A stretch of 44,016 nt of DNA from a virus: positions 1 through 44,016 of the IMG/VR virus record IMGVR_UViG_3300038393_001495, one strand, 5' to 3'. A program made the position numbers and the translations under genes. This document shows positions 1 to 7,784 of the stretch, in pieces. Within the stretch, counting starts at the first letter, position 1. Each line of letters opens with the position of its first letter. Under the pieces are notes generated by a model that was given only the letters and a program-made list of their open reading frames with translations, was not told where the DNA came from and did not search any database.

Positions 1-127
1 TCGGCGAGGAGCCCCGAGGAGCGGGCGTCGGCGTCGTGCCGGTCGGCCTGCGTGTTCAGGGCGTCGATGATGGCCTCCACGGGGGTCATCGGGTCAGCCC
101 CACGACGACGACGTTCCCGCTCTGCGG
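1..127. repeat. Terminal direct repeat copy 1 (identical to 43890..44016); circular closure of a 43,889-bp unit
   Basis: Read base by base: tcggcgaggagccccgagga...gttcccgctctgcgg is present at both window ends. ORF 43784..43978 reappears as 1..89. Confidence 0.95.
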
Positions 128-439
128 GCGCACGGTCAGCGTGTCGCCGCCCATGACCTCGACGGCGGAGCGCCCGGTCACGTAGTCGTGGACCACGTGA
201 ACGTCGAGCCACTGACGACCGTCGTCGGCGCCTAGGACGAAGCGGACGCGCGCCTTCTCGCCGAGGCCCACGGGGATGTCGGCCCACGGGTCGAGGAGCG
301 CGGAGGAGCGCTCCGGGGCGGTCAGGAGGCGAGCCTCGTCCCGCTCGCGGCGGGCGTCCTCGGCGACGCGGCGGAGGCGGTCGAGTTCGACGCGGGCCCA
401 CACAGGAAGGCGGGCCTCGCGGGCGTCAGCGGTGCTCAT
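86..439 (-). CDS. hypothetical early protein (117 aa)
   Basis: ATG 439, TGA 86. ATGA start/stop overlaps with both neighbours (86-89, 436-439). Ordinary amino-acid composition, unlike the Arg/Gly-rich shadow frames. Confidence 0.7.
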   Translation of the reverse strand: MSTADAREARLPVWARVELDRLRRVAEDARRERDEARLLTAPERSSALLDPWADIPVGLGEKARVRFVLGADDGRQWLDVHVVHDYVTGRSAVEVMGGDTLTVRPQSGNVVVVGLTR

Positions 440-636
440 GGCCGCATGTCCTCTCGAAGGAAGTTCAGCCCGCGGGCGAGCGCCGCGGGGTCAGGCGTGC
501 CGCCCTCGCCGAAGACCTTCGCGGCGAGGTAGGCGTCGAAGTCCACGTGCCGGAGGGCCTTCATGGACCGACGGAGGCGACGCTCCGTGATGGTGAAGCC
601 CCAGGCGGGGCCGAGGGCGCGTGCCGGGGCGCTCAC
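436..636 (-). CDS. hypothetical protein (66 aa, GTG start)
   Basis: Only the last 66 codons of track ORF 436..1485 are kept. GTG 636-634 overlaps the sigma-gene TGA (GTGA) and the stop overlaps the next ATG (ATGA). The rest of that ORF is an alternative frame of the sigma gene. Confidence 0.5.
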   Translation of the reverse strand: MSAPARALGPAWGFTITERRLRRSMKALRHVDFDAYLAAKVFGEGGTPDPAALARGLNFLREDMRP

Positions 637-1442
637 GCCGCCACCTCCAGCGCGTCGCGCATCTTCACGAGGGCGCCCGTGCGGACGCGCTGCGTCTTCG
701 GGCGGGACAGGCCCACGGACGCCGCCACGAGGGCGTCGGAGAGGGGCGCGTGGCCCTCGGGGCGCATCTCGTGACCGTCCACGACGGCGGGCTCGAAGCC
801 GTACGCCTGACGCACGACGGTCGTCTCCTCCGGCGTCGTGACGGCGAAGGCGAGGGCGACGAGTTCGGCGTCGAGGACGCTCTCGAAGGGGTCCGGGGCG
901 TCGTCGCCGTCCACGGCGTACGCGGGCGCCTCGCGGTAGTCGGTCTCGCCGTCGGCGGGGGAGGTGAGGGAGTCCGTCCGGGTCGCCGCCGTCACGGCGT
1001 CGAAGGTCGAGACCTTCATGTCGTGCTCGGGAGCAATGCGACGCGCCTCGGCGAGGTCTCCGTCGGCCTTCTTCACGATGGCGAGGTAGCGCTCCATCGT
1101 CCGCGCCGGGATGGTCCAGCCTCCCGTCCCGGAGGACGCGGCCTCGGCGAGTTCGCGGTTGAGCGCCGTCGCGACGCGGCCCGCGAGGCTCGGGTTCTTC
1201 TCCGGGTCGTGCGTCTTGATGAGGTCGAGGAAGGCGAGCGCGACCTCCTGCTCGGCGTCGTCGGCCTCCATCGTCTCGCCGTACTTCCGGAGGGCGCGGC
1301 GGATGGCGGGCGCGTACTGCTGGAGGAGCGTCTCGAAGGCGCCCGGGTGCCCGTACGCCGCCGCCGTGATGAGTTCGGCCTCGTCCTCCGGGGTCAGCGG
1401 AGCGGGCGTGGTCGTGCCAAGGATGTTCAGGATGTGAGCCAT
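633..1442 (-). CDS. phage-encoded sigma-70-family sigma factor (269 aa)
   Basis: Region-2-like FETLLQQYAPAIRRALRKY...DDAEQEVALAFLDLIKTHDP. Region-4 HTH-like EETTVVRQAYGF...LSDALVAASVGLSRPKTQRVRTGALVKMRDAL. ATG 1442 (MAHILN) chosen. Confidence 0.75.
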   Translation of the reverse strand: MAHILNILGTTTPAPLTPEDEAELITAAAYGHPGAFETLLQQYAPAIRRALRKYGETMEADDAEQEVALAFLDLIKTHDPEKNPSLAGRVATALNRELAEAASSGTGGWTIPARTMERYLAIVKKADGDLAEARRIAPEHDMKVSTFDAVTAATRTDSLTSPADGETDYREAPAYAVDGDDAPDPFESVLDAELVALAFAVTTPEETTVVRQAYGFEPAVVDGHEMRPEGHAPLSDALVAASVGLSRPKTQRVRTGALVKMRDALEVAA

Positions 1443-1627
1443 GGTGTGTTTGCGTTCCTCTCGCATACGGAAGGGCGTGCGGCATCGCCCGAGGTGGTGG
1501 CCGCGGTTGTTCCCGGGCCCCTAGGCGTGCGGAAGCGCGCCCGTGAACGGGGTCCAGGAGGAGGAGCGAGGAAGGCTGGAGGGCCCTGCTACGGCTTGCG
1601 CCGGAGGCGGTTCCTCGCTCCTCCGGA

Positions 1628-1657
1628 AGAGTAGTGGGAGTGAGAGTGGGAGTGCAA
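1628..1657 (-). promoter_or_regulatory. candidate host-type promoter for the sigma gene (TTGCAC-N18-TACTCT)
   Basis: Minus strand reads TTGCAC (1657-1652), an 18-nt spacer, then TACTCT (1633-1628). It lies in the longest, lower-GC intergenic region, about 185 nt upstream of ATG 1442. Confidence 0.4.
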
Positions 1658-1722
1658 ATTGAGTGTGAGTACCTACTTACTCACTCGCCCTACGAGGTAG
1701 AGGCTAGGGCCTGCCTGTTCCA

Positions 1723-2058
1723 CTACTCCTCGTACGGACGGAGGGCCTCTTCGAGGTGGCGCCGGACGGCGGTCGCGTGGAGGGTCGCCGTGCGGAGGGC
1801 TCGCTCGGAGGCCAGGACGTTTACACGGAGCGCGAGGCGCTGTCCGTCGAGGGCGATGTCCTCGGTCGGGGCGCTCGGCTTGTGCCCGATGCCCTTGCGC
1901 TCCGCGGGGACGGTCGTCCGGGGCGGGGCGGTCCACTGGACCTCGCGGGCGCGGGCGAGGAGGTCGCCGATGGCGGCGGTCTCTCCAGCGAAGCGCGCGA
2001 GGAGGGCCTCGGCTTCGAGGGCTTCGAGGTCGTCGGTCGTGAGGGCGGGCTCGGTCAT
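1723..2058 (-). CDS. hypothetical protein (111 aa)
   Basis: ATG 2058, TAG 1723. Preceded by promoter-like box 2089-2122 and an AGAGGA RBS. Confidence 0.7.
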   Translation of the reverse strand: MTEPALTTDDLEALEAEALLARFAGETAAIGDLLARAREVQWTAPPRTTVPAERKGIGHKPSAPTEDIALDGQRLALRVNVLASERALRTATLHATAVRRHLEEALRPYEE

Positions 2059-2088
2059 GCGGATGTCCTCTCGGTCGGGTGCTGTGAC

Positions 2089-2122
2089 GGAGGAATCCGC
2101 CAGAGGCCCGGGGGCTGCTCAC
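2089..2122 (-). promoter_or_regulatory. phage-specific promoter-like box PM1
   Basis: Minus strand: GTGAGCAGC-CCCCGGGCCT-CTGGCGGATTCCTCC. It ends 30 nt upstream of ATG 2058 and follows hairpin 2156-2199. Confidence 0.6.
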
Positions 2123-2155
2123 GGATGCGCGCTCGAGTTTTTCGCCGGGTACGCG

Positions 2156-2199
2156 AAAGGCCCCCGTCCCGACCTGTAGGTCTGTGAACGGGGGCCCTT
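2156..2199 (-). terminator. GC-rich hairpin downstream of the DNA polymerase gene
   Basis: Arms aaaggcccccgt / acgggggccctt (one mismatch), immediately after stop 2204. Confidence 0.55.
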
Positions 2200-2203
2200 C
2201 TGC

Positions 2204-4120
2204 TCACGCGGCGAGCGGCACGTCCTCCTCGGGCGGGCATCCGTACGCCGAGCCCCACGAGGGACCGGCGACCTCGCCCGTCGAGGAGATGGGCACGCCC
2301 TTGAAGTCGCGCGTCATCGTCTCGCCGATGAGCCGTGCGACCTCCTCGGCGTCCTCCCGGGGCGCCTGCGCCACGAGTTCGTCGTGGACGGGCAGGAGGA
2401 GGCAGTCGCCGAGGCCCTTGTCGAAGAGGCTCACGATGGCCTGCGCGAGGATGTCGCGCGAGAGCGACTGGACCGCGTAGTTCGTGGCCGCGTAGAGGCG
2501 GTCACGGTCGAGCGGGAGGTGCCGCCCGGTCTCCGTGACGACCTCACGGGCGCCGAATTGGGCGCGCGTCTGGAGGCGCTTCCCGTAGCGCTTGATGCCC
2601 GGGAACGAGCGGTCGTAGGCGGCGATGGCCTCCTTGACCTCCGGGAGCGGGGCGCCGGTCTGACGCGAGAGCGTCGTCGCGCCGCCGCCGTAGACCTTGC
2701 CGAAGCCGACGCCCTTTCCCATCTTGCGCTGGCGCTTCGTGAAGTTCGGCCCGTAGAGCATCGACGCCGTGAAGTCGTGCAGGTCGAGCCCGTTCCGAAT
2801 CGCCCGGATCATGGCGGGCTCGGGGGCCAGGGCGGCGAGGACGCGCATCTCGATCTGGTCGTAGTCCGACGAGATGATGAGGTGGCCCGGGTCCGCCGTG
2901 AGCGCGCGCCGGATGGTCCAGTCCGACGACGGGAGTTGCTGGAGCGGCGGGCGCGAGATGGACATGCGCGCCGTCCGCGCCTGAAGCCCGCCGATGAACG
3001 GGTGGAGCCGCCCGTCCGGGTCCATGAGGTCGAGGAAGGCGTCGGCGTACGCAGTCGCCCACTTCTCCGAGCGCTTCGACCGGAGCACGGCGTCGGCGAG
3101 GAGGTTCGGCTTGCGGGCCTCGATGCGGTTCCAATCGCGGTCGAGGTCCGCAAGGGGCATGAGGACTTCCTTGTCCACCTTCAGGCCCGTTTTGGTCCGC
3201 TCGGTCAGCGTCTCGCCCATCGCGACGAGGGAGGCCGAGACCTGTCCCGTCGAGTTCACGTTCTCGACGCCGTAGCGCCGAGCGACGCCGCGGTAGTGCT
3301 CGGCCTCGGCGTGGAGGCGGTCGCGGAGGCGGCGGGTGTAGTCCTCGTCCACGCGGATTCCGCGGCGCTGCATGACCGCGAGGAGGACCGCGAGGTGGTG
3401 CTCGAACTTCGAGAGGTGCGAGACGCCCGCGCCCTTCACGAGCGGCCCGAGCGCGTCGAAGAGGCGCCGAGCGAGGAGCGGGTCGAGGCCGGAGTAGAGG
3501 GTGTAGAGCGGGTGGTAGATGTCCACGTTCGCGAAGCCGAACGGGATGTGCGGGCGCGTCGGGTGACGGCGCTTGAATGCGGCGATGTCGTCGGCGCTCA
3601 CGGTCTTCTGCCACGCGCGCCAGAGGGCCAGGAACACGTCCTTCAGGCCCTCCGAGGTGTCCGGGGCGGACTCGTCCACGTAGACCGCGGAGAGCGGCTT
3701 CAGGGAGAGGCCCGTGCCGCCCTCGTGCTCGCTCCGCGGGTCGAGGAGGTGGGCCATGATGCGCGTGTCAAAGCATCGCGGGCCGAAGTCCTCGACCTTC
3801 ACGCCGAGGTGGCGGTCCACCACGAGCCAGTCGAAGGGCGCGTTGTGCGCCGTGAACATGCGGGGCTGGAGGAGGGCCTCCCGGGCGATGCCGCCGAAGA
3901 GGTCCGCGCGGAGGTTGAACGCGAGGTCGCGGTTGCCGAATTGGAGCATCCGGAGGCGGTGGTCGGCCTTGAAGATGTCGAGGTCCGTCGTCTCAGTGTC
4001 GAAGCCGAGAACCTTGTCGTCGCGGGCGAGGAACTCCTCGAAGGCGCCGAGGTCGCTCGGGCGCTCCGGGGTCAGGATGCGGCACTCGTCGCCGCCGAGG
4101 GTGTAGGTCTGTTCGATCAT
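2204..4120 (-). CDS. family A DNA polymerase with 3'-5' exonuclease domain (638 aa)
   Basis: FDTETTDL exo motif. DYDQIEMRVLA (motif A), KMGKGVGFGKVYGGG (motif B), PVHDELV (motif C). Confidence 0.9.
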   Translation of the reverse strand: MIEQTYTLGGDECRILTPERPSDLGAFEEFLARDDKVLGFDTETTDLDIFKADHRLRMLQFGNRDLAFNLRADLFGGIAREALLQPRMFTAHNAPFDWLVVDRHLGVKVEDFGPRCFDTRIMAHLLDPRSEHEGGTGLSLKPLSAVYVDESAPDTSEGLKDVFLALWRAWQKTVSADDIAAFKRRHPTRPHIPFGFANVDIYHPLYTLYSGLDPLLARRLFDALGPLVKGAGVSHLSKFEHHLAVLLAVMQRRGIRVDEDYTRRLRDRLHAEAEHYRGVARRYGVENVNSTGQVSASLVAMGETLTERTKTGLKVDKEVLMPLADLDRDWNRIEARKPNLLADAVLRSKRSEKWATAYADAFLDLMDPDGRLHPFIGGLQARTARMSISRPPLQQLPSSDWTIRRALTADPGHLIISSDYDQIEMRVLAALAPEPAMIRAIRNGLDLHDFTASMLYGPNFTKRQRKMGKGVGFGKVYGGGATTLSRQTGAPLPEVKEAIAAYDRSFPGIKRYGKRLQTRAQFGAREVVTETGRHLPLDRDRLYAATNYAVQSLSRDILAQAIVSLFDKGLGDCLLLPVHDELVAQAPREDAEEVARLIGETMTRDFKGVPISSTGEVAGPSWGSAYGCPPEEDVPLAA

Positions 4121-4161
4121 GAGGTGGCCTTCGTTGTCGGTCCGGGATGGGGAGGTACGCC

Positions 4162-4196
4162 GAAGCCCCCGAGCGCGAGATGCGGTCGGGGGCCTC
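4162..4196 (-). terminator. GC-rich hairpin (attenuator-like) between the Zn-ribbon gene and the polymerase gene
   Basis: Arms gaagcccccga / tcgggggcctc with one mismatch. Confidence 0.4.
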
Positions 4197-4210
4197 GGGA
4201 GGTGGGGCGT

Positions 4211-4327
4211 TTACACGCCCGTCGCGCACGTCGGGCAGTCGATGTGCTGGTTGTGCGCGAGGTGGCAGACGCCGCACACGGTCTCGCGCGGGAGGAGTTC
4301 CGGGACGGTCTCGATGTCAGCGAACAC
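4211..4327 (-). CDS. small zinc-ribbon-like protein (38 aa, GTG start)
   Basis: VFADIETVPELLPRETVCGVCHLAHNQHIDCPTCATGV contains CxxC-x9-CxxC. A GAAAGG RBS lies 7 nt upstream of GTG 4327. Below the track length cutoff. Confidence 0.45.
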   Translation of the reverse strand: MFADIETVPELLPRETVCGVCHLAHNQHIDCPTCATGV

Positions 4328-4338
4328 GGGCGGGCCTT

Positions 4339-6798
4339 TCAGAGGATGGCGTCGAGGTCGGCGCCGGTGATGGGGGATGTGACGGAGGAATCCGCCAGAG
4401 GTGCCGCCTCTGCTCGCGGGGCCTCGGGCTCGGCGTCCGCGGCCTCGGCGGCGTCCTTCGCCGTCGCACGGCGCACGCCGTCGAAGACCATGCCCGCGGC
4501 GGCGCGGCGCTTCGTCAGCCCGCGCTCTTCGAGAGCGGCGTTGAACGTGCGCTTCGTCCAGGCGTCCGCGTCGCGGATGCCCTCGTGCTGGCACCACTCC
4601 CGATACGAGAGGTAGAGGTCGGTCGCCGAGACGCCGCGCTCCTCCTCGTCGTGGAGCCACTCGCCCGGGAGGAAGCCGTAGAGCGCATCCGAGGTCTCTC
4701 GGTAGGCGCCGACGGCGTTCTTCACGACCTCCGGGTCACGGAGCCCGCCCTCGTACCACTCGACGGCGCCACGGACCGCCCACGCGAGGATGCCCTCCGC
4801 CTCGGCGAGGAGCGTCGCGCCGAGACGCGGGTCGCGCTCGTGCGGAGCGAAGTAGCGCTCCCACGGAATGAGTTTCACTCGGCGCCAGAGGCCCTCGTCC
4901 TGCCCGCGGAACTGCGGCTTGTAGTTCGAGGCAAGCATGATGAGGAACGTCGGGCGGAACTCGAAGAACTCCTTCCGCATGAAGCGGGCGGCGATGAGGT
5001 CGCGGCCCGTGACGCGCTTCAGCATCGCCTCCGCCATCGGCTTGTTCGCCTCGCCCTCGGATGCCATGACGAGGCGGGCGCCCTTCAGCGCCGCGATGTC
5101 GTTCGGGATGCCGCCCGAGGGCTTCGCCTCGAACGTCGAGAACGGCGTCGTGACGGTCGCCTCGCGGAAGACCTCCGTAAGCGTGTCCGTGAGGACGGAC
5201 TTCCCGTTCGCGCCCTTGCCGACGTGGACCACGAAGCACTGCTCGTCCGTGCGGCCCGTGATGCCGTAGCCGACGAGGCGCCGCATGTACGCCGGAAGCG
5301 CCGGGTACTTGTCGAAGACCTCGCCGAGGAACTTCTCCCAGCGCGGCGCCTTCGCGTCCTTCCGATACACGAGGTCGATGCGCCGCGTCAGGAGGTAGGC
5401 CGGGTCGTGCGGGAGGAGGTCGCCCGTGCGGAGGTCCACGACGCCGTTCGCGCACGCGAGGAGGTCGTGGCGCTGGTCGAACTTGTCGAGCGGGGTCGCC
5501 ACGTCGCGGAGGGCCTTCACCTCGCGAATCGCCGCGTCGATGCCGCGGCTGCTCTGCGAGTAGTTCGCCCAGGCACGCCACGCCTTCGCCGCCGCCTCCT
5601 GTTCCTTCGTTACGGCGCCGACCGCCATCGTCCGGGCGATGGCCGCGGTCATCTCCGCCGCCTCCTGCGCGTAGGCGCGCGAGGCGTCGAGGTCGTCCGG
5701 GCGCCACACGCCGCCGTCGAGCACGAAGAATCCGCTCTCGGGTGCGTAGCGGAGGTCCGAGCCCTGCGAGCGGGCGTAGTCCCGAAGGAAGCGCGCGTTC
5801 CCGAGGTCGGTCAGCGGGTAGGTGGACTGGTCGCGCCCGGAGAGCGCCGCCGAGTAGGAGGACTCGACCGGCGCCTCCATGATGGCGCGCACGATGGCGC
5901 GGCCCGTCGGGTCGCTCTCGCGCCACTTCGAGAGGTCGGAGTCCTCCGGGACGGCGAGGCGCGCGACCGTGACCGAGCGCTCCGTCATGCCCTGCGCGAT
6001 GGCCGCGGAGAACTGCTGGCCCGCCCGGTCGCCGTCGCCGCACGCGATGACCTTCCGGCCCGCCGCGAACGCCGCGAGGGCGTCGAGGATGGTCGGGTTC
6101 GAGGCGTTGCCCGAGCCCGCGATGAAGAACACGTCGTAGCCGAGGGAGACGCCGGTCAGTCCGTCGCCGGGGCCCTCGGTCACGAGCACCTCGCCCCATC
6201 CCGAGGAGCCCGGGAGCGTGCCGTACTTCAGCCACGACCCGCCGCCCTCGGGGCGCTTCGGGCCCTTCCAACGGAGGTCCACGGCGGGGTCGAGGGCCCG
6301 GGCCTGATAGCCGCGCGGGTTGCCCTCCACGTCGAGGAACGGGACGACGAGGCGGGGCGTGTCAGTCTCCGAGAGGCCGAGGCCCAGGCGACGCGCCTCC
6401 TCCGCCGAGATGCCGAAGCGCCGCTCGGCGTAGTCGAGGACGGTCGAGTAGGAGGCGTCCTCCTCGGCGAGCGCGTCGGCCCAGCGGTCGAGGTCGGCGA
6501 CGAGGCCCGCGATGACCTCGGGCGCCGGGGGCGCGTCCGTCGAGGTCGCGCGGCGGGAGGCCGGAACCTTCCCGTCGATGGTCATGCTCGCGAGGTCGCG
6601 GAGGGAGAGGCCCATCTTGTCGAGCACGTCGGTCGTCTTGCATCCCGTCCGGCATCGGACGAGCACACGGTCGCCGTCCTTGCCGACCGCGACGCGGAGC
6701 GAGGGGTCCGAGTCGGAGTGCGCGGGACAGATGGCGAGCCATCCGTCGGGCTGCTCCTCCACGCCGTCGAGGCGGGCGAGGAAGGCGGAGAGGTCCAT
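4339..6798 (-). CDS. bifunctional DNA primase / D5-P4-type helicase (819 aa)
   Basis: DnaG-like zinc finger CPAHSDSDPSLRV. TOPRIM-like VTEGPGDG...CGDGDRAG. Walker A GKGANGKS and Walker B LVMASEGE. Start MDLSAF at 6798, behind an AAAGGA RBS, rather than track start 6984. Confidence 0.85.
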   Translation of the reverse strand: MDLSAFLARLDGVEEQPDGWLAICPAHSDSDPSLRVAVGKDGDRVLVRCRTGCKTTDVLDKMGLSLRDLASMTIDGKVPASRRATSTDAPPAPEVIAGLVADLDRWADALAEEDASYSTVLDYAERRFGISAEEARRLGLGLSETDTPRLVVPFLDVEGNPRGYQARALDPAVDLRWKGPKRPEGGGSWLKYGTLPGSSGWGEVLVTEGPGDGLTGVSLGYDVFFIAGSGNASNPTILDALAAFAAGRKVIACGDGDRAGQQFSAAIAQGMTERSVTVARLAVPEDSDLSKWRESDPTGRAIVRAIMEAPVESSYSAALSGRDQSTYPLTDLGNARFLRDYARSQGSDLRYAPESGFFVLDGGVWRPDDLDASRAYAQEAAEMTAAIARTMAVGAVTKEQEAAAKAWRAWANYSQSSRGIDAAIREVKALRDVATPLDKFDQRHDLLACANGVVDLRTGDLLPHDPAYLLTRRIDLVYRKDAKAPRWEKFLGEVFDKYPALPAYMRRLVGYGITGRTDEQCFVVHVGKGANGKSVLTDTLTEVFREATVTTPFSTFEAKPSGGIPNDIAALKGARLVMASEGEANKPMAEAMLKRVTGRDLIAARFMRKEFFEFRPTFLIMLASNYKPQFRGQDEGLWRRVKLIPWERYFAPHERDPRLGATLLAEAEGILAWAVRGAVEWYEGGLRDPEVVKNAVGAYRETSDALYGFLPGEWLHDEEERGVSATDLYLSYREWCQHEGIRDADAWTKRTFNAALEERGLTKRRAAAGMVFDGVRRATAKDAAEAADAEPEAPRAEAAPLADSSVTSPITGADLDAIL
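4384..4417 (-). promoter_or_regulatory. phage-specific promoter-like box PM2 (embedded in the 3' end of the primase gene)
   Basis: Minus strand: GCGAGCAGA-GGCGGCACCT-CTGGCGGATTCCTCC, 56 nt upstream of GTG 4327. Confidence 0.5.
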
Positions 6799-6830
6799 GC
6801 GGGAGAGTCCTTTCGGTCGGGTGTGACGCG

Positions 6831-6864
6831 AGAGGAATCCGCCAGTCGCGGGGGCGCTGCTCAC
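6831..6864 (-). promoter_or_regulatory. phage-specific promoter-like box PM3
   Basis: Minus strand: GTGAGCAGC-GCCCCCGCGA-CTGGCGGATTCCTCT, 32 nt upstream of ATG 6798 and directly after hairpin 6880-6908. Confidence 0.6.
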
Positions 6865-6879
6865 GCCAGAACGCACGAA

Positions 6880-6908
6880 GCCCCCGGGCTCCGAAGAGGC
6901 CCGGGGGC
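6880..6908 (-). terminator. GC-rich hairpin terminator
   Basis: Perfect 10-bp stem gcccccgggc / gcccgggggc with a 9-nt loop. Confidence 0.6.
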
Positions 6909-6913
6909 GGGGC

Positions 6914-6932
6914 GTGTAAACGCCGTTTACAT
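6914..6932. promoter_or_regulatory. 19-bp palindrome GTGTAAACG-C-CGTTTACAT (two inverted copies of the dispersed 9-mer)
   Basis: Read directly. It contains the TAA stop (6927-6929) of the upstream gene. Confidence 0.6.
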
Positions 6933-7247
6933 GAGGCGCCGGAGGACGGCGGCGAACTCGCGGAGCGGGAGGACGACGTACCACTCGCCGACGCCCTTCC
7001 CGGGGCGCCGGACGACCGCGGCCCCGAAGGGCTCGCCCGCCCGGACCTTCTGCCGGAGGGCGCCCTCGACGCCCGCGCGCATCGCGGCGAGGAGGTCGCG
7101 GAAGTCCTTCACCTGAAGGACGAAGGGCGAGACGCCGTGGATGTCGCCCGCGTCCTCGAAGCCCGCGTTGTACGGCTTGAACGCCGGGACGCCCTCGGCT
7201 TCGAGGAAGGCGACGACCTTCGTCTCGGCCTCCGTGCCGCCGCTCAT
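6927..7247 (-). CDS. PD-(D/E)XK-type nuclease, possible Holliday-junction resolvase (106 aa)
   Basis: AFLEAEG...EDAGDIHGVSPFVLQVK resembles the E...D...(E/Q)xK nuclease core. ATG 7247 forms an ATGA overlap with the upstream gene. Confidence 0.45.
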   Translation of the reverse strand: MSGGTEAETKVVAFLEAEGVPAFKPYNAGFEDAGDIHGVSPFVLQVKDFRDLLAAMRAGVEGALRQKVRAGEPFGAAVVRRPGKGVGEWYVVLPLREFAAVLRRLM

Positions 7248-7573
7248 CGTCGCCCGGAGCGGACGGTCGTGGAGCGGTAGGTCGTGGTCTTCGAGCGGGT
7301 GCCCGAGAACCATCCGCCCGTCTTCTGCTTGACGACGGTCTTCTCGCGGACCGTCACGGGGCGGGTGCGCTGGACGCGCGTCGGGCGGAGCGGGGTCGCC
7401 GGGTAGTAGTGACCCTGCCAGTAGCCCGAGTGGACCGGAAGGCACTGCATCCCGCGGAGGTGATACCCGGGCGGGCACGAGTCGGCGTAGTAGGTCTCGT
7501 AGCGCGGCGAGCACGCGCCGAGGGCCAGGGCGACGACCACGGCGCCGAGAGCGGCGATGGACTTGCGGATCAT
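7244..7573 (-). CDS. putative secreted lipoprotein (109 aa)
   Basis: N-terminal MIRKSIAALGAVVVALALGAC looks like a signal peptide with a lipobox-like LGAC. Confidence 0.6.
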   Translation of the reverse strand: MIRKSIAALGAVVVALALGACSPRYETYYADSCPPGYHLRGMQCLPVHSGYWQGHYYPATPLRPTRVQRTRPVTVREKTVVKQKTGGWFSGTRSKTTTYRSTTVRSGRR

Positions 7574-7592
7574 GGGGAGCCTTTCGTACGAG

Positions 7593-7628
7593 GAAGGCCC
7601 GCCCCCGGAGTAGTGGAGGCGGGCCTTC
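7593..7628 (-). terminator. GC-rich hairpin terminator/attenuator
   Basis: Perfect 11-bp stem gaaggcccgcc / ggcgggccttc. Confidence 0.55.
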
Positions 7629-7631
7629 GGG

Positions 7632-7784
7632 TCAGTCGCGGGGCGGGTAGTGGAAGTGCGCGGCGCGTGCCGCGGTGTTCTCGGCGATGAGGCGCTCGTA
7701 GGCGTCCACGGCCTCCCGCTCCCGGCGACGTGCGCCGAAGAGAGGGAGGCCGAGGAGGAGGAGCGTGCGGACGAGTCCCGTCAC
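7632..7784 (-). CDS. small membrane protein (50 aa, GTG start)
   Basis: VTGLVRTLLLLGLPLFG... has a hydrophobic N-terminus. GTGA overlap with stop 7781 of the upstream gene. Confidence 0.45.
   Translation of the reverse strand: MTGLVRTLLLLGLPLFGARRREREAVDAYERLIAENTAARAAHFHYPPRD

Noticed and set aside
436-1485. 349-aa minus-strand ORF overlapping the sigma gene in another frame. Similar alternative-frame ORFs occur at 2544..3614, 4736..6271, 8973..10184, 10789..11961, 15467..16750, 17772..20174 (N-terminal part), 35402..37240 and 42391..43764.
   Set aside because: Arg/Pro/Gly-rich junk translations. Only their 3' tails are real, and those coincide with small genes that have start-stop overlaps.
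2384-4615. 743-aa plus-strand ORF antisense to the DNA polymerase gene. Similar long plus-strand ORFs occur at 621..1634, 4147..7116, 7730..9151, 11091..13163, 15775..17775, 19292..21703, 21700..24636, 27618..28637, 31811..33373 and 35044..37854.
   Set aside because: Arg/Gly/Asp/Glu/Val-rich low-complexity translations are typical of antisense shadow frames in about 70% GC DNA. Each fully overlaps a minus-strand gene with recognisable motifs. None has RBS or promoter context.
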